From Nitrospirota bacterium (GTDB lineage Bacteria > Nitrospirota > Thermodesulfovibrionia > UBA6902), in contig JACQZF010000029.1 of the NCBI GenBank assembly GCA_016213945.1, positions 3,981 through 67,980 on the forward strand: a stretch of 64,000 nucleotides of DNA. Direction: 5' to 3'. Positions 49,248 through 59,175 of this stretch are shown here, one piece after another (the first letter of the stretch is position 1; each line of letters starts with the position of its first letter). The notes under the pieces are model-generated. The model did no database searches. It was not told where the DNA came from and saw only the letters and a list, made by a program, of their open reading frames with translations. The translations under genes and the position numbers were made by a program.

Positions 49248-50243
49248 TCAACCGCGCGAATTGTTCTTCATTTCTTCTTGAATTGCTGCAAAGACTTTCT
49301 TTTGAACTTCTTTCAGCGGCCCTTTTATCCTGCATCCTGCGGCAGCGAAGTGCCCGCCTCCGCCGAAGCTCTTTGCGATCTTCTCGACACTGATCCTGCC
49401 TTTTGATCGAAGGCTGAGCTTGAAGACATCTTTATCATCTTCCCTGAAAAAAACAGCAGCCTCGATACCCTTGACCTTTCTGGGGAAATCGACAAAGTCT
49501 TCAGAGTCCTCGGCTGTTGCGCCGGTTTCTCTGAACATATCCGCTGTTGTGGTAATCCAGGCTATCCCGTCTTGAGTATCAAGAGTTGCCAGTGAAAGTC
49601 CTAAAAGCTTCATCGATTTGTAGGGGACGCTCTCGAATAGCTCTTTTGCTATATCCCATGGTCTTGCGCCGGCCTGGATGAGATGGTATGCTATCTTTAA
49701 TGATTCAGGCGAGGTGTTGGAATATCTGAATCCTCCGGTGTCTACAAGCAATGCTGTATATAAATTCGTGGCAATGTTTTTATCAATAGTTACCTTGAGC
49801 GCGGATAGGAGCTTGTAAATGAGTATCCCTGTTGCCGCGGCTCCGGTATCAATGACGCTTGCCGACAATTTCCTGTACAGTTCGGATTTTTCCGCATCAT
49901 CAGGCGGGACATGGTGGTCGATGATAATAGTGTGTTTGGCTTTCAATTCCTTAAAACCGGTTCGTTCCAGCGTATTACAGTCTACGATGCACAAGACATC
50001 CACTTCTTTTTTAGGAGGGGTCTGCTTTATCGTCTTTGACAAAGGCAGGAACCTCAAGATTTCAGGCACGCCGTCATTGCTCAGGGTATAGATTTCTTTC
50101 TTTCCCATCTGCTTAAGTCCGAGCGCAAGCGCCAGTACCGAGCCGATTGCGTCACCTTCAGGATTGATATGCCCGACAAGTATAAAAGATTTATTCTGCT
50201 TTATAACATTAAGAAGCTTAGAGGAGATCTTCGTCTTCATCAT
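49248..50243 (-). CDS. nrnA: DHH/DHHA1 phosphoesterase (NrnA-like)
   Basis: HINPEGDAIGS, IDHH, DTGGF, SLRSK, GGGGH..AAG; downstream of rbfA. Confidence 0.88.
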   Translation of the reverse strand: MMKTKISSKLLNVIKQNKSFILVGHINPEGDAIGSVLALALGLKQMGKKEIYTLSNDGVPEILRFLPLSKTIKQTPPKKEVDVLCIVDCNTLERTGFKELKAKHTIIIDHHVPPDDAEKSELYRKLSASVIDTGAAATGILIYKLLSALKVTIDKNIATNLYTALLVDTGGFRYSNTSPESLKIAYHLIQAGARPWDIAKELFESVPYKSMKLLGLSLATLDTQDGIAWITTTADMFRETGATAEDSEDFVDFPRKVKGIEAAVFFREDDKDVFKLSLRSKGRISVEKIAKSFGGGGHFAAAGCRIKGPLKEVQKKVFAAIQEEMKNNSRG

Positions 50244-50595
50244 GGGGGCCCCTTTCCGATTTGATTTCATTAAGTAGTTTGTCAATTTTCATGCCGTATT
50301 GAATGGACTCATCAATTTTGAAAGTAAGAGACGGGACGTACTTCATCTTCAGTCTCCTGCCGAGTTCGCCCCTGAAAAGCGCTGACAATGAGCTTAGTTT
50401 CCGCACAGTCTTTTCAGCATCTTCTACTTTCAGGACGCTGATATATACGGTCGCATTTCTCAGATCATCGCTCACCTTTGCGCCTGTGACAGTAACAAAC
50501 CCGAGGTTTTTGTGTTTGATCTTGTTCATTATCATGTCGGCGATCTCTTCCCTGATCAAATCACCGACCCTTGCCGAACGTTTGTATGGATGCAT
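50218..50595 (-). CDS. rbfA: Ribosome-binding factor A
   Basis: RSARV, VTVT..VSDDLR.ATVY, VPSLTF..DES. Confidence 0.95.
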   Translation of the reverse strand: MHPYKRSARVGDLIREEIADMIMNKIKHKNLGFVTVTGAKVSDDLRNATVYISVLKVEDAEKTVRKLSSLSALFRGELGRRLKMKYVPSLTFKIDESIQYGMKIDKLLNEIKSERGPHDEDEDLL

Positions 50596-50610
50596 GGTTT
50601 CCTCTTTTTA

Positions 50611-50635
50611 TGTCATTCCCGCTTGTCGGGAATCC
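50611..50635. repeat. Repeat family A half copy (reverse orientation)
   Basis: tgtcattcccgcttgtcgggaatcc is the reverse complement of the family A right arm. Confidence 0.8.
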
Positions 50636-50814
50636 GAATTTATAATTTCATATTCAAACCAGACACATGAATAAAATGTGGTTTAATTTTAGCATAATTA
50701 TCTAAATGGATGGGAGGGGGTGCAAAGCGCAGAAGCGCAATAGTGCAAAAGTCAAAAGTGCAGAAGATGGAAAGAAGGGAACTCCGGGAACAAGTTCAGA
50801 CAATCAATTTTCTA

Positions 50815-51096
50815 TTACAGCAGCTCCATTGTTGCATCTATTAATTCCACCGAGTGGATGCTGATCACCAGGTTCTTTATCTGCTCGAAGACCTTGTTTA
50901 TCATGACTGTCTCATTGGAGACAAATGCAATGCCGATCACGCTTCGCTGCCAGAGGTCATTGGCGTCAACCTCCGCCACGGAGACATTGAACTTGTTTTT
51001 TATCCTGTCGATCAAGCTTTTGATGACGAAGCGTTTCTCTTTAAGGGAGTGTGACTCGCGGATGTGTAAATCAAGTGTGAGGAGACCTACGATCAT
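50815..51096 (-). CDS. DUF503 (YlxP) family protein
   Basis: SHSLKEKR, KFNVSVAEV..DLWQR; between infB and rbfA. Confidence 0.93.
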   Translation of the reverse strand: MIVGLLTLDLHIRESHSLKEKRFVIKSLIDRIKNKFNVSVAEVDANDLWQRSVIGIAFVSNETVMINKVFEQIKNLVISIHSVELIDATMELL

Positions 51097-51135
51097 GATT
51101 TTAAATATTAGCTATCAACGTAAAACATAAATGTC

Positions 51136-51197
51136 TGTCATTACGGCTTGTCCGCAATCCTTCTTAAAAGAAAGATTCCCGGCAAGCGGGAATGACA
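51136..51197. repeat. Repeat family A copy
   Basis: tgtcattacggcttgtccgcaatcc...gattcccggcaagcgggaatgaca. Confidence 0.88.
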
Positions 51198-51247
51198 ACT
51201 AAGCGGACTCTTATGAATTTATCTGCAATAATTGCTGAGGACAGGTT

Positions 51248-53665
51248 CTATTCCAGTTTTGAGGCGACCTCTTCCTTGACGTAATTTTCAATTATGTCGC
51301 CCACCTTGAGGTCATTGAAGTTTTCTATCATGATGCCGCATTCAAAACCTGAAAGCGCTTCTTTTATATCTTCCTTGAATCTCTTCAGCGACGACAGTTT
51401 GCTTTCATAGATGACGACGTTGTCTCTGATCACCCTGACGCCGGAGCTGGCCCTTGTAATTTTCCCGTCGGTCACGTAACAGCCCGCGACTGTTCCGAGC
51501 CGCGATATATAGAAGAGGTTTCTTACCTCCGCCCTTCCCAAGATCTTTTCAGTAATGGTAGGAGCGAGGAGGCCTTCGAGGGCTTTTTTGATTTCATCGA
51601 TCGCTTCGTAAATTATGTTATAGAACCTGACGTCGACACCTTCTTTTTCTATAAGGGCTGACGCCTTTGCATCCGGGCGTATGTTAAATCCTATAATGAT
51701 CGCGTTCGATGCGGTGGCGAGCATGACGTCGGATTCGTTAATGCCGCCTGCGCTTGCGTGGATTACGTTTACTTTTACCTGCGGGTGCGTGATGGCTGAA
51801 AGTGCGTCTTTGACCGCTTCCGCTGAACCCTGGACATCGGCTTTGATAATGACGTTAAGGTCCCGTATTTCACCCTGTTTTACTTTTTCATAAATTTCAT
51901 CAAGGGTAAGTTTCTTCATATGCGAGGCGGCGGCGGTCTTCTGCTTTTGCATCCTGTTCAGGGCGATCTGCCTTGCCTTCCTCTCATCATCCATGACAAT
52001 AAAGATGTCGCCTGCCTGCGGCACATCGGGGAATCCTATAACTTCAACGGGAGTTGACGGTCCTGCCTTGTCAATCTTCTTGCCGGTATCGTCGATAAGC
52101 GCCCTTACCCTGCCTGCGACTGTTCCAACGAGAAATGAGTCCCCGACTTTCAGCTCTCCGGCGTTGACAAGCACAGTGCCAACAGGCCCCCTGCCTTTAT
52201 CAAGCTTGGCTTCAACGATTGTGCCCTTTGCGGGTCTGTTGTAATTCGCCTTGAGCTCCATTACCTCTGACTGAAGCAGGATCATCTCGAGCACTTTCTC
52301 GATCCCTATTCTCTTTTTAGCGGAAACCTCAACGAATATGTTCTGTCCTCCCCAATCCTCGGAAACCACTCCGTACTGGGAGAGTTCATTTCTCACCCTT
52401 GTAACGTTTGCTTCAGGTTTATCGATTTTATTTATCGCTACCACAATAGGCACGTTTGCCGCCTTTGCGTGGTTGATGGCCTCGATGGTCTGCGGCATTA
52501 CGCTGTCATCGGCCGCAACTACAAGTACCACGATATCAGTGACCTTTGCGCCTCTGGCCCTCATCATTGTAAACGCCTCATGACCCGGGGTATCGAGAAA
52601 TGTTATCTCTTTATCTTTAAGCTTCACCTTATATGCGCCTATGTGCTGCGTTATCCCGCCTGCCTCGGTTTCAGTGACCTTTGTCTGCCTTATTGCATCA
52701 AGCAGGGTGGTCTTACCGTGGTCGACATGACCCATGATGGTGACGATCGGCGGGCGGGGACTAAGCACGGTTTCATCAGAATCCTTCTCTTCAAGGATCG
52801 CTTCTTCATCTTCTATCTGCGCCATTTCGATTTTTAGACCGAAGGCCTCCGCGACAATCTGCGCCGCGTCAGCGTCAACGGGCTGATTAATCGTCGGCAT
52901 GTAGCCAAGCTCCATGAATTTCTTTATGACTTCATTGATCTTCTGTCCTATGAGATCGGCAAATTCCTTTACTGTTGTGCCTTCCTGAAATTTAATAACA
53001 CGCTTCCTCGGCTGGGTGATCTGGGGAGGAGGAGCAGGTTCTGTCTTCTGGGCAAACGGCCTTTTGTCGTGCTTTTTAAACTGGGGTTTGAAATCCTGGA
53101 TCTTCTTTGTTACATCAACCCTTCTTATGGAATCAAAGGCCCTCTGCATCCCAGGTTTGGCCTTGAACTTATCAAGTTTTCCTCGCTCGATTTCCTTTTT
53201 GAACCTGTCAAGGACTAACAAGTCTTCTTCTTCTGTTGTTGCTTTTGTCTCTAAGGGCGCCACAGGCGGGTTGACCTCTTTAGCAGGTTCTTTGTGGGCC
53301 GTTTTAACCGGGGCTTCGGGTTTATGTTCTTTAACGGGTTTCTCAGTCTTCGGTTTTTCAACAGAATGTCTTATAATAGCAGGAGCTTTCTCAACAGGTT
53401 TGGCTGCTTCCGCGGGTTTCTTTTCTTCCTGGGGAATGGCAGGTTTTACTGCAGGGGCTTCTTTTTTAGGGGGGGGAGTTTTTTCCTCCGCCTTTTTTAA
53501 TAACTCTTTTTTCCCGAAGATGTCCGCCAGCTTGTCGACAAGTGCAGCGTCAAGATTGGACATGTGGGTCTTTACCTGGATCCCCATGCCTGCAAGCTTG
53601 ACAATAATTTCCTTATTGGTAACGTTTATCTTTTTTGACAGCTCGTATATTCTCATTCCGGGCAT
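51248..53665 (-). CDS. infB: Translation initiation factor IF-2
   Basis: RIYELSK N-domain, GHVDHGKTT, GGITQHIGA, DTPGHEAF, SLKRFKED. Confidence 0.98.
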   Translation of the reverse strand: MPGMRIYELSKKINVTNKEIIVKLAGMGIQVKTHMSNLDAALVDKLADIFGKKELLKKAEEKTPPPKKEAPAVKPAIPQEEKKPAEAAKPVEKAPAIIRHSVEKPKTEKPVKEHKPEAPVKTAHKEPAKEVNPPVAPLETKATTEEEDLLVLDRFKKEIERGKLDKFKAKPGMQRAFDSIRRVDVTKKIQDFKPQFKKHDKRPFAQKTEPAPPPQITQPRKRVIKFQEGTTVKEFADLIGQKINEVIKKFMELGYMPTINQPVDADAAQIVAEAFGLKIEMAQIEDEEAILEEKDSDETVLSPRPPIVTIMGHVDHGKTTLLDAIRQTKVTETEAGGITQHIGAYKVKLKDKEITFLDTPGHEAFTMMRARGAKVTDIVVLVVAADDSVMPQTIEAINHAKAANVPIVVAINKIDKPEANVTRVRNELSQYGVVSEDWGGQNIFVEVSAKKRIGIEKVLEMILLQSEVMELKANYNRPAKGTIVEAKLDKGRGPVGTVLVNAGELKVGDSFLVGTVAGRVRALIDDTGKKIDKAGPSTPVEVIGFPDVPQAGDIFIVMDDERKARQIALNRMQKQKTAAASHMKKLTLDEIYEKVKQGEIRDLNVIIKADVQGSAEAVKDALSAITHPQVKVNVIHASAGGINESDVMLATASNAIIIGFNIRPDAKASALIEKEGVDVRFYNIIYEAIDEIKKALEGLLAPTITEKILGRAEVRNLFYISRLGTVAGCYVTDGKITRASSGVRVIRDNVVIYESKLSSLKRFKEDIKEALSGFECGIMIENFNDLKVGDIIENYVKEEVASKLE

Positions 53666-53832
53666 TTATTTTCCTGAAAAATATAAGTGTTAAATCGTTG
53701 CAAGCCCTTAAACTTCAGAAAAATTTTGATGTAGTTTAAGGGTTGTAAGTTTGTCTGGGTTAATGTTATCATAACTTCTCTTTTTAAAGCAATTATACCG
53801 TCCGTTTAATAACTTAAGGAGGTAAGAAAACA

Positions 53833-54021
53833 ATGGCAGAATGTTCAATTTGCGGGAAGAAAAAGGTGACCGGCAACAATGTCAGTCATGCCAATAACAG
53901 GACCAAGCGCGTATTTATGCCTAATCTGCAGAAGGTGAAGATGCAGACCGCTCATGGAATAAGAAGGTCTTCTGTCTGCACCAGATGCCTGCGCTCAGGA
54001 AAAGTTAAAAAGGCAGTGTAA
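53833..54021 (+). CDS. rpmB: 50S ribosomal protein L28 (zinc-ribbon form)
   Basis: [30 protein letters not shown]; AAGGAGG RBS. Confidence 0.97.
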   Translation: MAECSICGKKKVTGNNVSHANNRTKRVFMPNLQKVKMQTAHGIRRSSVCTRCLRSGKVKKAV

Positions 54022-54132
54022 CTTTTAGACGCTGAGAAGATAAGAAGCTTGGAAGATGAGAAAAACAAGAGCACGCACCTGATCTCATCTTCTCAACTTC
54101 ATATCTTCTTTTCATGATTTTTTTAATGACAC

Positions 54133-54564
54133 ATGCAGTCCCTTCAGAATATCCTCAATACATTCATCAAAGATTACGGCATTGAAGGCGGTGTGGCCCT
54201 CAATGCCATCAGAATTCAATGGGACAAACTCGTCGGACAGGCCGTTGCAGCGCACACCTTCCCGGATACCATTAAAAACAAAGTCATTACTTTAATAGTA
54301 GACACACCTCAGTGGCTGCATCATCTCGGTTTTTTCAAGGAAGAGATTATCACAAAACTCAAACCTTATAATATAAGCGAGATACGTTTCAGGATCGGCA
54401 GGCTCCCGGAAAAGACAAAAGAAAAACAGGAGACGCAGGACAATGAATTATCCGAAGATGATTTGAGGTTTCTCGAAAATACGCTCAAGGGCCTGAAGGA
54501 TGAGGAACTGAAGGAAAAATTCAGGACCCTGATTGTGCACGGGTTAAAGAGGGGGAAGAAGTAA
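54133..54564 (+). CDS. DUF721/DciA-like helicase-loading protein
   Basis: WDKLVG..VAAHTFP..I....L.VD.P.W pattern. Confidence 0.78.
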   Translation: MQSLQNILNTFIKDYGIEGGVALNAIRIQWDKLVGQAVAAHTFPDTIKNKVITLIVDTPQWLHHLGFFKEEIITKLKPYNISEIRFRIGRLPEKTKEKQETQDNELSEDDLRFLENTLKGLKDEELKEKFRTLIVHGLKRGKK

Positions 54565-54634
54565 CGGCTTGTCCGGAATTTTTTTGCAAGCAATATGATT
54601 AATAAAAGAAAGATTCCCGACAAGCGGGAATGAC
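54565..54634. repeat. Repeat family A copy (left arm clipped at the gene stop)
   Basis: cggcttgtccggaatt...agattcccgacaagcgggaatgac. Confidence 0.82.
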
Positions 54635-54714
54635 TCTTCTTGGAAATTGCATATTCTATTTTAGAGAGCCTCTTTCAACTTATTAAATACGTAAGAGGGA
54701 AAATTTATAAAAAA

Positions 54715-55476
54715 TTATAGACTGAATATCCCTGTTGCCTTGTAGCGGCTTGCGGTGTATAAGGTAAGATTTTCACCCGCAATTTGCTGGTGTGTCTTGA
54801 GTGCCGTCGCAGGAGTGTTATTGTTCTCGGAAATATGGGCAAGGCATGCCCATTTCAGGCGGCTGCCGGACTGAAGCAGTTCAGCAGCTTCGGCATTGGA
54901 GAGGTGTCCCTGAAATCCCCGTATCCTTTTTTTAAGAAAAGCGGGATAAGGTCCCCTGTCAAGCATCTCTGGGTCATAATTGCTCTCAATGAAGACCGCG
55001 TCAAGCGATGCCATTACTGAAACGAGGTCCTTAAATACATGCCCGAGGTCTGTCAATATGCCTAATTGTTTTTCGCAGGAAGTGACAACGAATGCCACGC
55101 CGTCAACCCCGTCGTGAGGGCAGGGGATGGTCTGAATGGATACACCGTTGAAATAAAGTATTTCTCCTGATTGAAAGCAGCTGATATTATCCAGTCGTCC
55201 CAGCCCGTTCTTTTCATTTGCCTTTTCAAGAGTCTTCGGTGTGATAAAAACCGGCAGGCCGAACTTCCTCTGATATACGCCTGCGTAACGCGCGTGGTCG
55301 GAATGGTCATGGGAGATGATAAGGGCATCGACTTCCCGGATATCGCGTTCAAATGCGGCGAGCCTGCGGGAGGCCTCGATGCCGGAGATGCCGGCGTCAA
55401 ACAGCAGCTTCACGCCGCCAGTCTCGACGTAAATACAGTTGCCGCTGCTTCCGGATTGAAGCGAGATCGCAATCAC
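54715..55476 (-). CDS. MBL-fold hydrolase, YycJ/WalJ-like
   Basis: SGSSGN, SHDHSDH, PHD, TDLG, ESNYD, GHLSN, AHISENNN. Confidence 0.9.
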   Translation of the reverse strand: MIAISLQSGSSGNCIYVETGGVKLLFDAGISGIEASRRLAAFERDIREVDALIISHDHSDHARYAGVYQRKFGLPVFITPKTLEKANEKNGLGRLDNISCFQSGEILYFNGVSIQTIPCPHDGVDGVAFVVTSCEKQLGILTDLGHVFKDLVSVMASLDAVFIESNYDPEMLDRGPYPAFLKKRIRGFQGHLSNAEAAELLQSGSRLKWACLAHISENNNTPATALKTHQQIAGENLTLYTASRYKATGIFSL

Positions 55477-55602
55477 GCTTTTATACTCTCATACAAGGGC
55501 CGGAGATTACAAGAGAGAAGCAGGTCGCCTACCTTTTGAGTTCATTAGTTGTTATAATTACTGTGCATTTTATGGTTAAAACGATATCCTTGCATTCATT
55601 TC

Positions 55603-55664
55603 TGTCATTGCGGCTTGTCCGCAATCCTTCTTTGAAGAAAGATTCCCGGCAAGCGGGAATGACA
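55603..55664. repeat. Repeat family A copy
   Basis: tgtcattgcggcttgtccgcaatcc...gattcccggcaagcgggaatgaca. Confidence 0.88.
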
Positions 55665-55704
55665 ATCAATGGCGTGAACTTATTTGTGATTTCCTGAGAC
55701 CATT

Positions 55705-56784
55705 ATGATTATTCAGCGAAAAATATTTAAAGAGCTCCTGGTAAACCTGCTCGTCATCATATTTTCCCTTTCGGTAATACTCTTCATGGAAAAGTTCGTG
55801 AGGCTGTCAAGGCTCTTTATGGGGAGAGGGGCGGACATTCTGGACATCATCAAGATATTTGTGTATATCCAGCCCTCGCTTTTATTGCTATCCATCCCCA
55901 TGTCGCTGCTCATGGCAGTCTTTCTCACATACGGCAGAATGGCGGCTGACAGTGAAATAGTTGTATTAAAGGCAAGCGGCATGAGTTTCTGGGGAATATC
56001 CAGGGCCGCCGTTATCCTCTCGGTTTTGTCCTGCATGGTCCTTTTATTCATCAGCATCTATTTATTGCCGCGCGGCATGTTTGCATTTAAAAAGACAGTA
56101 TATGAGACGATAGTAAAAAAAGCCTCCATGACCTTTGAGGAGGAGACATTCTCCGATGTATTCAAGGACACGGTCATCTATGTGAAGGGAATACCCGGTA
56201 AAGACGAATTGAAGGGGATCTTTGTCTACAGGGAGGGTGATAAAACATTCAAAGACCCTGTAGTGATTGTCGCCGAGAACGGCGTATTGACCTCTAACCC
56301 CGGCGAAGGCCAGATAAAACTTACCATGAATAAAGGGTTGATACATACATACTCTGGAAACAGTTCATCGGAAATTATATTTTCAACTTTTGATCTGGTG
56401 CTTATGACCGGGATAGATCCGATGGATAAGGCAAAGCCTGAAGAGATTAAAACCGGCAAGCTTTGGAAGGAAAGCGGAAGTTCAATTTCGTGGGCGATAG
56501 AACTGCACAGGAGACTGGCGCTGCCTTTTACCTGTATAATTTTCGGCATTCTCGGACCGGCGCTCTCCGGCAGGATTGGAAAGGTAGGGCGTCTCGGCGG
56601 TTTTTCCATGAGCATGTCGGTCCTTATGCTTTACTATCTGCTTCTTATAACAGGCGAATCTTTTGTTAAAGCCGGGAAGCTACCGGCTTTTGTAGGAGAA
56701 TGGGCCCCAAACATATTTTTCAGTGTACTTTCGGCACTGTTTTTTTATAAGGCATACATGGATAAACCGATCAGGAAATTTTAG
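55705..56784 (+). CDS. lptF: LPS export permease LptF
   Basis: RMAADSEIVVLKASG, ELHRRLALP; paired with lptG. Confidence 0.88.
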   Translation: MIIQRKIFKELLVNLLVIIFSLSVILFMEKFVRLSRLFMGRGADILDIIKIFVYIQPSLLLLSIPMSLLMAVFLTYGRMAADSEIVVLKASGMSFWGISRAAVILSVLSCMVLLFISIYLLPRGMFAFKKTVYETIVKKASMTFEEETFSDVFKDTVIYVKGIPGKDELKGIFVYREGDKTFKDPVVIVAENGVLTSNPGEGQIKLTMNKGLIHTYSGNSSSEIIFSTFDLVLMTGIDPMDKAKPEEIKTGKLWKESGSSISWAIELHRRLALPFTCIIFGILGPALSGRIGKVGRLGGFSMSMSVLMLYYLLLITGESFVKAGKLPAFVGEWAPNIFFSVLSALFFYKAYMDKPIRKF

Positions 56785-56790
56785 GGCATC

Positions 56791-57861
56791 ATGAAAATTC
56801 TCAGGAAATACTTTTTAAAAGAATTCATCAGGTATCTGGTAATCCTACTTCTGAGTTTTACGAGTATCGCGATCGTCGCCGAGTTTTTTGACAAGATAAA
56901 CGAGTTCTACACCCACAAAGCCCCTGCTTACCTGATAGGCCAGTATTTCTTATTGCAGGCCCCGGGCGTTATGTTGTATGCCCTGCCGTTTGCCTCTCTG
57001 TTCTCCGTTCTCATGACTATCGGAATGGCTTCAAAATGGAGAGAGGTCTTAATTATCAAGGCATCAGGGTGCAGCACAAAAAGACTCTTTTCGGGTTTCA
57101 TTTTAATCGGGATTATTTTCAGCCTGCTCGCCCTGCTGTTAGGCGAGACAGCAGTGCCAGTTGCTGCCAGAAAGGCGGCGTGGATAAGGAAGGTGAAGAT
57201 CCTGAAAGAATCGCCCCGGATCAGTCTCAGGGAAGGGGAACTGTGGCTGAAGGGGATTGATAAAAGCCTGGTCCGTATCGACGGTTTTGTTGCAGACCAG
57301 AATAAGATCTTGAAAACGAGCATATTCAGTTTTAACCCTTCGTTTGTTCTGGAAAAGAGGACTGAAGCCGCGGAGGCTGTGTGGGAAGACGGCGTATGGA
57401 AACTTAAAAACGTAACCGTCTTTGATTTCTCCGCCAACACATCAAAGAAATATGATTCTCTCATATCCTCCGCGATCGAGGAGCCAAAGATGTTCGACGA
57501 GGAAATGAAAAAACCAGCGGAGATGAATTTTGCCGAGCTTTACTCTTATTACACGAGGCTGGAGAGGGCCGGATTTAAAAACCTGAGATATGCCGTGCGT
57601 CTCTATGAAAAACTTTCCTATCCCGCGATAAATTTCATCATGGTCCTCTTTGGCGTGGCCCTTGCTTTAAACTCAAGACTGGGCGGGGGCATCAAGTCTG
57701 CTGGTATAGGTGTGCTTGTAAGCGTGGCTTACTGGCTGATCTATTCTGTAAGCATATCGCTCGGCAACACAGGCGCCCTGCCTGCGTGGTTTGCCCCGTG
57801 GATCGGGCTGATCGTCTTCGGCATAACAGGAAGTGTTTTGTATCTGAGAATCAGAGATTGA
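56791..57861 (+). CDS. lptG: LPS export permease LptG
   Basis: MKILRKY, E...IKASG.S, PAEMNF.EL, KLSYP. Confidence 0.88.
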   Translation: MKILRKYFLKEFIRYLVILLLSFTSIAIVAEFFDKINEFYTHKAPAYLIGQYFLLQAPGVMLYALPFASLFSVLMTIGMASKWREVLIIKASGCSTKRLFSGFILIGIIFSLLALLLGETAVPVAARKAAWIRKVKILKESPRISLREGELWLKGIDKSLVRIDGFVADQNKILKTSIFSFNPSFVLEKRTEAAEAVWEDGVWKLKNVTVFDFSANTSKKYDSLISSAIEEPKMFDEEMKKPAEMNFAELYSYYTRLERAGFKNLRYAVRLYEKLSYPAINFIMVLFGVALALNSRLGGGIKSAGIGVLVSVAYWLIYSVSISLGNTGALPAWFAPWIGLIVFGITGSVLYLRIRD

Positions 57862-57866
57862 GAATT

Positions 57867-57971
57867 AACCACAGAGACACAGAGGCACTGAGAAAGAAGA
57901 TAAGAGGAAAGAAAAATGAGAAACCTCGACTTCACTTTTTATTTTCTCTGTGTCTCTGTGCCTCAGTGGTT
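57867..57971. repeat. CACAGAG/CTCTGTG tandem-palindromic repeat
   Basis: aaccacagagacacagaggcactgag...ctctgtgtctctgtgcctcagtggtt. Confidence 0.85.
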
Positions 57972-57991
57972 TTTTAATAATTATTTTCCAG

Positions 57992-58984
57992 CTAAAACAC
58001 GGCAGCGCCCCACGGGGAGCCGGAGTAGGGGCTGTTCGGGGTAAGTCCCAGCTTTACCGTGCCGGTAACTTCATTGGTCCTCATGTAGATTATGGATACG
58101 CTGCTGTCTGCATGGTTGATTACGTACGCTTTATTTTTAGAGATGTCTATAGCTATGCCGATCGGCTCCCTGCCTACCCTGATTGTATCTATGACTTTAT
58201 TAGTTACAGTATCTATAACCGAAACCGTGTTAGAACCTCTATTGGTAACATAGGCCATGTTCCTTGAAGGATCAATTCCTATGTGCCAGGGCTTCTTATC
58301 AACCTCTATGGTTGCTGAGACCTTGTCTTCCCTGGCATTGATGACGGTAACCGTATTTTTGCCGTGATTAGCCACGTAAACCTTCCGGTTAACAGGGTCT
58401 GCGGCTATGCCGAGCGGGGTCTCGTTAACCTTTATCGTGGCGGTTACAGTTCTGCTTTTTGTACTGATAACCGAGACCGTCTTATCGCCTGAATTGCTGA
58501 CATAAAGCTTGTCGCCGATAATGCCAGCGTCGAAGGCGCCCATGCCAACCTTTATCTTTCCGGCAACTGTATTCTTCTCAAGGTCTATTATCGAAATGGT
58601 CCGCTCCTTGTTTTCGGGATGGGTCACATACGCGAGCCTTGCAGCGGAATCAATTGCAATGTGCATGGGACTGCTGCTGACCTTTATCGTTGACAGTACC
58701 GAATTACTGTTTAAACCAATAACGGAGATGCTGCTGTCGCCGGGATTTGAATTGACGACATACATCCGGCCCGTATTCTGATCGATAGCTATACCGGAAG
58801 GCCATACGCCGACTCTCAGAGTCATCGTTACTTCATTCTTTAAGGTGTCAAGGACCGAGACCGTATTGTTGCCGACGTTGGTTATATAAACACGTTTAGG
58901 CAAAGGCTGGGCGAAGGCGTTGTTTACTGAAATTATTGACAGTAAAATAAGACAAATTGGAAGTAACAAGTTTTTTGGTTTCAT
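57992..58984 (-). CDS. Secreted YVTN/YncE beta-propeller protein
   Basis: Signal peptide; about 7 repeats of YV(T/A)N....TVSVI. Confidence 0.9.
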   Translation of the reverse strand: MKPKNLLLPICLILLSIISVNNAFAQPLPKRVYITNVGNNTVSVLDTLKNEVTMTLRVGVWPSGIAIDQNTGRMYVVNSNPGDSSISVIGLNSNSVLSTIKVSSSPMHIAIDSAARLAYVTHPENKERTISIIDLEKNTVAGKIKVGMGAFDAGIIGDKLYVSNSGDKTVSVISTKSRTVTATIKVNETPLGIAADPVNRKVYVANHGKNTVTVINAREDKVSATIEVDKKPWHIGIDPSRNMAYVTNRGSNTVSVIDTVTNKVIDTIRVGREPIGIAIDISKNKAYVINHADSSVSIIYMRTNEVTGTVKLGLTPNSPYSGSPWGAAVF

Positions 58985-59048
58985 TTAGCTTCCTTTCCAA
59001 GATTTAAACTTGGTAAATACCTGTACCTTAATAAAGGGTTCCTTTTTC

Positions 59049-59123
59049 TGTCATTCTGGCTTGTCCAGAATCTTTTTGTGATTCTCAAAAAGTCAGAAAG
59101 ATTCCCGACAAGCGGGAATGACA
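59049..59123. repeat. Repeat family A copy
   Basis: tgtcattctggcttgtccagaatc...gattcccgacaagcgggaatgaca. Confidence 0.88.
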
Positions 59124-59175
59124 GCATAATAGCTGCTCAGCTCAGACCCTTCTCCGAATTTACGCATAATACTGG

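Noticed and set aside
53016-53693. Long antisense ORFs (e.g. 4379-5050, 9477-10115, 11770-12354, 53016-53693)
   Set aside because: They are shadows of well-supported genes on the opposite strand and carry no motifs.
57741-58267. Short ORFs containing LCLCASVV / SLCLSG
   Set aside because: They are translations of the CACAGAG palindromic repeat or antisense to the YVTN gene.
3115-59123. Family A repeats as a CRISPR array
   Set aside because: Copies are dispersed singly kilobases apart with no repeat-spacer periodicity, and no cas genes are present.
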